A stretch of DNA of 14,201 nucleotides, taken from NCBI GenBank assembly GCA_964358795.1, contig CAYHRK010000084.1, forward strand, positions 1 to 14,201, given 5' to 3'. Position 1 is the stretch's first letter. Each line of letters starts with the position of its first letter. A program made the position numbers and the translations under genes. Below, piece after piece: positions 9,941 through 14,201 of the stretch. Below the pieces are notes generated by a model that made no database searches, was not told the DNA's origin, and was given only the letters and a program-made list of their open reading frames with translations. The DNA comes from an uncultured Vicinamibacterales bacterium. GTDB taxonomy: Bacteria > Acidobacteriota > Vicinamibacteria > Vicinamibacterales > JAKQTR01.

Positions 9941-10828
9941 GTGGAGTGCATGGGACGTTCCACCATCGGACCCGCAATCCTGCTTCTGCTCGTGCTGGTG
10001 GCCGCTTGCGCCGGCACCGGCAGCGAACTTGGGCCGCACGGGCGCGAATACGCCCTGGCGGGCGAGGTCAGGTCAATCAAGGCCGACCACTCCGAAATCA
10101 CCATCGCACATGGCGACGTCAAGGGCTTCATGCCGGCCATGACGATGCCATTCCCAATCAAGACACCGGCGCTCGTCGACGGGCTGGCGCCGGGCGATGT
10201 GGTCGAAGCCACACTCGTGGTGAATGACGACGGGGCGTTTCTGTCGGCCATCAGAAAGATCGGAACGGCGCCGCCGCGCTCGCGCTCCGGTGCCGAGGCG
10301 GCCGCCTCACCTCCACTGGTCGCCGCGGGCGAGGCCGTTCCGGCGATCACGTTCACCGGCGACGATGGCCAGTCGCACACCCTGTCGTCCTACCGCGGCA
10401 GCTGGGTGCTGTTCACGTTCGTCTACACCCGGTGTCCGCTGCCCGACTACTGCCCCCGTATGGACGCGCACTTCTCCGTTATCCAGCGGGCGATCCTTGC
10501 GACACCCCGCCTGCGCGCCGCGGTGCGCCTGTTGTCGTTCTCGTTCGACCCCGATGTCGACACGCCCGCGCGGATGAAGATCCACGCCGCCGATCGCGGA
10601 GCCGACCCCACGGTCTGGCGCTACGCGACCGCCCCAAAGAACGTGATCGATCCATTTGGCGCCCGGTTCGGGTTATCCGTGACCAGAGAAGGCCACAACG
10701 GCCAGGACATCACGCACAACCTGGTGACGGCGCTCGTAGACCCCAACGGCCGACTTGTGAAAACATACGCGGGCAATGGCTGGTCTCCCGCCGCCGTTGT
10801 GGCGGATCTCGAGAGACTGGTGAAGTAG
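9941..10828 (+). CDS. Lipoprotein fusing an N-terminal CusF-like Cu(I)/Ag(I)-binding domain to a Sco1/SenC-type thioredoxin-fold copper chaperone domain
   Basis: The signal peptide with lipobox is ...LLLLVLVAAC|AG. The CusF-like motif is HGDVKGFMPAMTMPF (H...M.M). The Sco1-like region is WVLFTFVYTRCPLPDYCP, compared with FGFTHCPDVCP. The downstream block SFSFDPDVDTPARM and the conserved His in DITHNLVTALVDPNGRLV are present. The start is ambiguous: GTG 9941, or ATG 9950 with GGAG 3 nt upstream. Confidence 0.75.
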   Translation: MECMGRSTIGPAILLLLVLVAACAGTGSELGPHGREYALAGEVRSIKADHSEITIAHGDVKGFMPAMTMPFPIKTPALVDGLAPGDVVEATLVVNDDGAFLSAIRKIGTAPPRSRSGAEAAASPPLVAAGEAVPAITFTGDDGQSHTLSSYRGSWVLFTFVYTRCPLPDYCPRMDAHFSVIQRAILATPRLRAAVRLLSFSFDPDVDTPARMKIHAADRGADPTVWRYATAPKNVIDPFGARFGLSVTREGHNGQDITHNLVTALVDPNGRLVKTYAGNGWSPAAVVADLERLVK

Positions 10829-10927
10829 GCTGGCTCCCGCAAACCCCTTTCGTCGCGCGCGGTATCGCAGTCCCCCGACAGACGTGACGTGGAGTATCCG
10901 ATGAGCGAGATGGTCTTGCTTTAGGAA

Positions 10928-10939
10928 TGTGACGATGCC
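10928..10939. repeat. 12-bp direct repeat TGTGACGATGCC, copy 1. It overlaps the start codon region of the downstream gene.
   Basis: Exact 12-mer. Copy 2 is at 11644-11655. In both copies it reads in frame as (V)TMP behind a purine-rich stretch. Confidence 0.3.
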
Positions 10940-11636
10940 AGTCGTGCCCCCCTCAATGCAGGCCTTCACGGCTGAAGAGCGACGGGTGATCCGCCGGTTG
11001 CGACAACCGGACCAGGTTCAGCGGTTTCTGAACAACCTGCCCTATAACAACGAGCTGAAGCCCGGCGGAGAAACGCTTCGGAGCTTTCGCGGCGTCGTGC
11101 GTCATCACACCGCCCATTGTCTGGAAGCAGCCATTGCGGCGGCCGTCATCCTCGAGCAGCACGGCTACCCTCCTCTGTTGCTGAGCTTCGAGTCGATCGA
11201 CAAACTGGACCATGTCCTGTTCGTGTACCGGCACCACAACCGGTGGGGATCGATTGCCAGGTCTCGCGATCCGGGTCTGCATGGCCGCAAGCCGGTGTTC
11301 AAGACCGCGCGTGCGCTGGTCATGAGCTACCGCAACCCGTACATCGACTTCTCGGGCTGTGTCACCGGGTTTGCCGTCGTGGATCTTCGAGAAACACTGG
11401 CGGGCTACGACTGGCGACTGTCGGAACGCAACATCTGGAAAGTGGAACAGATGCTCGTCGACTATCCGCACCAGTCGATCGCCTTCAGCCGCGTGCGGGT
11501 CGAGCGCCTGCGGGCTCGCTACAAGGCGTTTCGGACTCGCTATCCTGGACGCAAGCCCCTCTACTACAAGGGCCGCGAGCGGTGGACCGATCTCCCAGCC
11601 GAGTACACGCGCCCGGGATACGAACCTGCGGAGTGA
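10935..11636 (+). CDS. Cytoplasmic hypothetical protein with a transglutaminase-like / papain-fold Cys-His-Asp core
   Basis: The block HTAHCLEAAIAAAVILEQHGYPP fits the C-x-E/F-A...G-I/Y-P nucleophile block of TGase-like domains. DHVLFVY follows 31 aa later and WGSIARSRD 19 aa after that, matching Cys-His-Asp spacing. AGGAA lies 7 nt before ATG 10935. GTG 10929 is the alternative start. There is no signal peptide. The antisense ORF 10953..11471 is Arg-rich junk. Confidence 0.5.
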   Translation: MPVVPPSMQAFTAEERRVIRRLRQPDQVQRFLNNLPYNNELKPGGETLRSFRGVVRHHTAHCLEAAIAAAVILEQHGYPPLLLSFESIDKLDHVLFVYRHHNRWGSIARSRDPGLHGRKPVFKTARALVMSYRNPYIDFSGCVTGFAVVDLRETLAGYDWRLSERNIWKVEQMLVDYPHQSIAFSRVRVERLRARYKAFRTRYPGRKPLYYKGRERWTDLPAEYTRPGYEPAE

Positions 11637-11643
11637 ATCGGGT

Positions 11644-11655
11644 GTGACGATGCCG
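11644..11655. repeat. 12-bp direct repeat TGTGACGATGCC, copy 2. It lies in the 33-nt convergent gap after the TGase-like gene.
   Basis: Exact match to 10928-10939. In context it would encode only (V)TMPQQEGR* before a stop. Confidence 0.3.
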
Positions 11656-11669
11656 CAACAAGAAGGTCG

Positions 11670-11972
11670 CTAGTCGAGATCGAAGTCCCGTTTCGGCTTT
11701 GAAAGCGGTTCCTGCCGCGCCTGCTTCAGCGCCTCGTCGAACCGCTTTGACAGCGCATCGCCCCGGGTTCTCTCTGCCTGTACGGATTGTTCGAAGATGG
11801 CTTCGCGCCGGACCTTGTCGGCCTCAACCAGTTGCGCGGCCTTGTCGAGATCCGGGCGGTTCTCGTTGGGCGGCTCCCGGTGCTCGATGATGCGGTTCAG
11901 GTTCTTGTCGATCACGAGCACCGCCGAACAGCACGGGCAGGTCACTTCGATTTCAGACTTCAGCTTGGCCAT
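11670..11972 (-). CDS. Small (100 aa) hypothetical protein. The N-terminus is a Cys-cluster (CPCC...H) zinc-ribbon-like segment and the C-terminal half is highly charged and helical.
   Basis: The protein reads MAKLKSEIEVTCPCCSAVLVIDKNLNRIIEHREPP... then KAAQLVEADKVRREAIFEQSVQAERTRGDALSKRFDEALKQARQE. Composition is protein-like. The ATG is at plus 11970-11972 (CAT). It is divergent from the SPFH/Arc promoter region. I do not recognise the family. Confidence 0.5.
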   Translation of the reverse strand: MAKLKSEIEVTCPCCSAVLVIDKNLNRIIEHREPPNENRPDLDKAAQLVEADKVRREAIFEQSVQAERTRGDALSKRFDEALKQARQEPLSKPKRDFDLD

Positions 11973-12042
11973 GACGAGGCGTTCCGGGTGACGTTAATGA
12001 GATCCGGTATTTCCATTGCCTATCATACCGGGCCCCCGCATC

Positions 12043-12071
12043 TTGACAGGCAGATTTCAGAGTGATATCAT
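12043..12071 (+). promoter_or_regulatory. Near-consensus sigma70 promoter: TTGACA, 17 nt, TGaTATCAT (extended -10)
   Basis: TTGACA is at 12043-12048. A 17-nt spacer follows. TATCAT is at 12066-12071, with TG at 12063-12064. AAGGAGG at 12081-12087 is the RBS, and ATG 12095 follows 7 nt after it. Two short perfect palindromes, TGATATCA at 12063-12070 and TTTCGAAA at 12071-12078, cover the -10 and the predicted TSS. Confidence 0.5.
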
Positions 12072-12094
12072 TTCGAAAGCAAGGAGGCGCGTTG

Positions 12095-12648
12095 ATGATC
12101 CGTGAGAAGGTGCTTCAGCTGTTTGGCAGCTACACCGGCACGGTCAAGACCGCGGGGTTGCGGTGGTCGAGACGGCTGAGGCGTGCTTCGAGGTCGACGA
12201 CTACAATAACTACGTGCACGTGCGAAGCGAGTCGGCCATCCGGAACCTGGCCACCAGCTACCCGTACAATTCGCACATGGAGCACCAGATGTCGCTGCGC
12301 GGTAACACGGCCGAGGTGGCGGCGCACCTCAAGACCGAGATCCAGGATCGGCTGGCCAAAGCCGGCATCGAGGTAATTGAAGCGCGAATCAGCCATCTGG
12401 CCTACGCGCAGGAAATCGCCGCCGTGATGCTCCAGCGGCAGCAGGCCGGCGCCATCATCGCGGCCCGCACCCTCATCGTCGAGGGCGCCGTCGGCATGGT
12501 GGAGATGGCCCTCGAACGGTTGAATCAGAAAGGCATCGTCCGCCTGGACGAGGAGCGGAAGGCGGCGATGGTGAGCAATCTGCTGGTGGTGTTGTGCGGT
12601 GAGCGTGCCGCGCAGCCCGTGGTCAATACTGGCACGCTGTATCAGTAG
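12095..12648 (+). pseudogene. SPFH/band-7 (stomatin/prohibitin-like) gene. It is frame-disrupted, a -1 shift near 12155-12165, and lacks about 35 aa of the N-terminal beta region.
   Basis: Frame 2 from ATG 12095 reads [24 protein letters not shown], an SPFH N-terminal-like block, and then degenerates into an R/S/T-rich string. Frame 1 from about 12157 reads [38 protein letters not shown]...[53 protein letters not shown]. This is the C-terminal half of an SPFH domain and is stomatin-like. The first frame-1 start is GTG 12163, giving a 161-aa product, and it has no RBS of its own. Confidence 0.45.
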
Positions 12649-12654
12649 GACGCC

Positions 12655-12855
12655 GTGGCCGATCGGAAGCCGTTCCTGCTTCGTGTCGATTCCACGCTGC
12701 TCGAAGCGCTGCAGCGGTGGGCCAACGACGACCTGCGCAGCGTGAACGGGCAGATCGAGTTTCTGCTGCGGCGGCTGCTTCAGGAGGAAGGGCGTCTGAA
12801 ACCGGCGCCGGACACGAAAACGGGCCACCGGGAAACCGGTGGCCCGAAGACCTGA
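12655..12855 (+). CDS. Arc/MetJ-type ribbon-helix-helix DNA-binding protein (Arc-repressor family)
   Basis: KPFLLRVDSTLLEALQRWANDDLRSVNGQIEFLLRRLLQEEGRL aligns closely with P22 Arc, PQFNLRWPREVLDLVRKVAEENGRSVNSEIYQRVMESFKKEGRI. It has the N-terminal beta-strand with alternating hydrophobics and the GRSVN turn. GTG 12655 lies 6 nt after the SPFH-frame stop, with AGGA 4 nt upstream, which suggests coupled translation. Confidence 0.75.
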   Translation: MADRKPFLLRVDSTLLEALQRWANDDLRSVNGQIEFLLRRLLQEEGRLKPAPDTKTGHRETGGPKT

Positions 12856-12861
12856 GCGGCA

Positions 12862-12878
12862 CACACCCGGGGCGTGTG
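12862..12878. terminator. Short GC hairpin (CACAC-N7-GTGTG) between the convergent Arc-like and minus-strand small ORFs. It is a weak bidirectional terminator candidate.
   Basis: A 5-bp stem, 12862-12866 paired with 12874-12878, encloses a 7-nt loop. There is no U-tract. This is low confidence. Confidence 0.15.
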
Positions 12879-12879
12879 G

Positions 12880-13101
12880 CTAGCCTTCTTCCTCAAACCC
12901 CTCTTCTTTCGGCGGCAGCGTCCGGGTGGGTGGGCGCATGGCCTCGCGGTAGTCGTACAGCGGCAGGCCTGTGACGTGCCACGACACCGCGCAGGCGGGC
13001 GACTTGGTCTCCAGCACCACGGTGACCGGGCTGCCTTCGACACCCTGGCGGAAGGTCAAAGAGCAGCCGCACGCGAAGCGCGCGCGCGTGAATCCTTTCA
13101 T
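12880..13101 (-). CDS. Small (73 aa) hypothetical Cys-containing protein with an acidic C-terminal tail, located immediately downstream of the tlpA-like gene
   Basis: The protein reads MKGFTRARFACGCSLTFRQGVEGSPVTVVLETKSPACAVSWHVTGLPLYDYREAMRPPTRTLPPKEEGFEEEG. GC3 is high and codon choice is protein-like. It lies 18 nt after the tlpA-like stop on the same strand. No clear SD is present, which lowers confidence. GTG 13107 is the alternative start. Confidence 0.35.
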   Translation of the reverse strand: MKGFTRARFACGCSLTFRQGVEGSPVTVVLETKSPACAVSWHVTGLPLYDYREAMRPPTRTLPPKEEGFEEEG

Positions 13102-13119
13102 GGTCACGACGCGATCATA

Positions 13120-13662
13120 CTACAGGAGCCCGAGCACGTCCTTCTCGAACTGCTCCTTGGCTGTCAATCCCATGTGTTTCTTGCACAGCTTGCCTTCGCG
13201 GCCGATGACGAATGTCGTGGGGTATCCCCAGAGCGGACCGTAGGCGTCAAACACGTCATCGCGTCCCGATCCGACCAGCACCGGGTAGTTGATCTTGTAC
13301 TCGGCGACAAACGGCTTCAACTGCTCGGGCGTGTCGTTGACGGAAATGCCCACCACCACGAGCCCCTTGCTCTTGTACTTGGTCTGGAGCTCGATGAAGC
13401 CGGGAATCTCGACCTTGCAGGGCGCACACCATGTGGCCCAGAAGTCGAGGATGATCACTTTGCCCTTCAGAGACGCGAGGTTCACGGCGGCGCCGTTGAC
13501 GTCCTTCAGCGTGAAGTTGAGGTTGGCGGGTTTCGCCGCCGGATCGCACGCCGCGGCCGCCACGTTTCGCCCCCCGGCCAGGTCGGGCAAGCCGACCCCG
13601 CCAATCGCCACGACGGCCAGACCCAAGGCGCCTGCCGCCGCCACCATCCACCGCGTTTTCAT
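13120..13662 (-). CDS. TlpA/ResA-like periplasmic thiol:disulfide oxidoreductase (thioredoxin fold, WCAPC active site)
   Basis: The signal peptide is MKTRWMVAAAGALGLAVVAIGG. The active site is ILDFWATWCAPCKVEIP. The cis-Pro region is GYPTTFVIGREGKL. The strong RBS GGGAGG lies 4 nt before ATG at minus 13662. The track start 13683 is less likely. Confidence 0.85.
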   Translation of the reverse strand: MKTRWMVAAAGALGLAVVAIGGVGLPDLAGGRNVAAAACDPAAKPANLNFTLKDVNGAAVNLASLKGKVIILDFWATWCAPCKVEIPGFIELQTKYKSKGLVVVGISVNDTPEQLKPFVAEYKINYPVLVGSGRDDVFDAYGPLWGYPTTFVIGREGKLCKKHMGLTAKEQFEKDVLGLL

Positions 13663-13700
13663 CGTGCCTCCCGTTGCTGCCATCTGATGAGGAGCCGGCC

Positions 13701-14201
13701 CTAGTGTGCTACGCGTCCGAAATGGCTCGCGATTCTCTGCATGTCGACCCGCGATTGGCGTGCCAGCACCACGTAGGTCCGGCCGGCACGCCTGAACGCG
13801 ATCGCGACGTGCCCCAACACCTGCACTTCGCTCTCCATGTCGACGCCGTTGGGCAACATGAACAAGGATACCGGTACATCGCCACGCTTGTACAAGAGAT
13901 GCGCGACGGCCCCATCAAGATACACGCAACGGCGTCCTCCCACCAGCGTCAGGGCGTCTGGATCGGCGTCGGCGCGGCCCGGCAGCGACACGTCCCACCC
14001 GTAGCGGGCCTTTAGTGAGGCCTGAACCTCGACCGGGTCGAGCCCATCGGGCCGATCGAACAGGGTAAAGCACTTCACGTGATCCAGCGTCAGTTGGGCC
14101 GCCACGGCCTCGGCAGGCCGCAAGATGAAGGCGTAGAGCAGCACGCTGCCAAAGGCCAGCACCAGGGCTGCGGCCAGCGCCAGCGGCCATGGGGCACGCC
14201 G
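13701..14201 (-). CDS. Membrane-anchored protein with a periplasmic C-terminal domain. It is a possible anti-sigma factor, and its N-terminus lies outside the window.
   Basis: The frame stays open through the window end: ...RRAPWPLALAAALVLAFGSVLLYAFILRPAEA. That is a single TM helix followed by about 140 aa of soluble domain. It sits directly upstream of and co-oriented with the TlpA-like gene. The function is inferred only from context, so it is low confidence. Confidence 0.5.
   Translation of the reverse strand, partial: RRAPWPLALAAALVLAFGSVLLYAFILRPAEAVAAQLTLDHVKCFTLFDRPDGLDPVEVQASLKARYGWDVSLPGRADADPDALTLVGGRRCVYLDGAVAHLLYKRGDVPVSLFMLPNGVDMESEVQVLGHVAIAFRRAGRTYVVLARQSRVDMQRIASHFGRVAH

Noticed and set aside
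10953-11471. 172-aa minus-strand ORF opposite the TGase-like gene
   Set aside because: The plus-strand frame has a normal amino-acid composition (K, N, Y, F present), a good RBS and a catalytic-triad-like pattern. The minus-strand product is Arg/Val/Ala-rich.
10935-11636. Possible lower GC3, suggesting foreign origin, of the TGase-like gene
   Set aside because: A hand count of the first ~65 codons gave GC3 of about 69%. A comparable glgX stretch gave about 75%. The difference is too small to claim without a proper computation.
12140-12170. Programmed -1 ribosomal frameshift as an explanation for the SPFH frame break
   Set aside because: No X XXY YYZ slippery heptamer and no obvious downstream stimulatory structure were found. 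About 35 aa of conserved sequence is also missing, which points to a deletion or a sequencing indel instead.
8295-13678. Shared motif AACGGGAGG(G)CAC upstream of the starts of both secreted minus-strand proteins, the M20 peptidase and the TlpA-like gene
   Set aside because: It is essentially the GGGAGG Shine-Dalgarno with a few flanking bases. Two occurrences are not enough to call a regulatory motif.
12130-13704. ORFs 12130..12864 minus and 12874..13704 plus
   Set aside because: They are antisense to the SPFH/Arc genes and to the TlpA-like gene respectively. They have no motifs and a junk-like composition.

Overview
This is a high-GC bacterial chromosomal segment (roughly two-thirds G+C by eye) that uses strong GGAGG-type Shine-Dalgarno sites. 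The gene content would fit a soil Acidobacteriota- or Gemmatimonadota-like organism, but the taxon cannot be fixed from the sequence alone. I support 15 protein-coding loci, listed in window order. (1) A partial yvcK-like gluconeogenesis-factor gene on the minus strand. (2) glgX. (3) A 947-aa GT-C (ArnT/PMT-like) membrane glycosyltransferase-like protein with a large C-terminal extracytoplasmic domain. (4) A DinB-family protein. (5) A secreted M20D-type amidohydrolase on the minus strand. (6) A YheT-type alpha/beta hydrolase. (7) A glycine-rich RRM RNA-binding protein on the minus strand with a long 5' leader. (8) A CusF-Sco1 fusion lipoprotein. (9) A cytoplasmic transglutaminase-like Cys-His-Asp protein. 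(10) A small CPCC zinc-ribbon-like protein on the minus strand. (11) An SPFH/band-7-like gene that is frame-disrupted and internally shortened, sitting behind a near-consensus sigma70 promoter. (12) An Arc-type ribbon-helix-helix protein. (13-15) On the minus strand, a small Cys-containing ORF, a TlpA-like thioredoxin and a partial membrane-anchored, anti-sigma-like protein. No rRNA, tRNA, CRISPR array, transposase or integrase is visible. The most unusual part is the ~2.3 kb block at about 10.9-12.9 kb. It holds a TGase-like gene bracketed by a 12-bp direct repeat, orphan small proteins, and the SPFH remnant plus Arc-type repressor under a phage-like consensus promoter with palindromic candidate operators. 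This block lies between the functionally linked sco1-like and tlpA-like genes. Most long ORFs in the six-frame track that overlap these genes on other frames or strands are high-GC artefacts.
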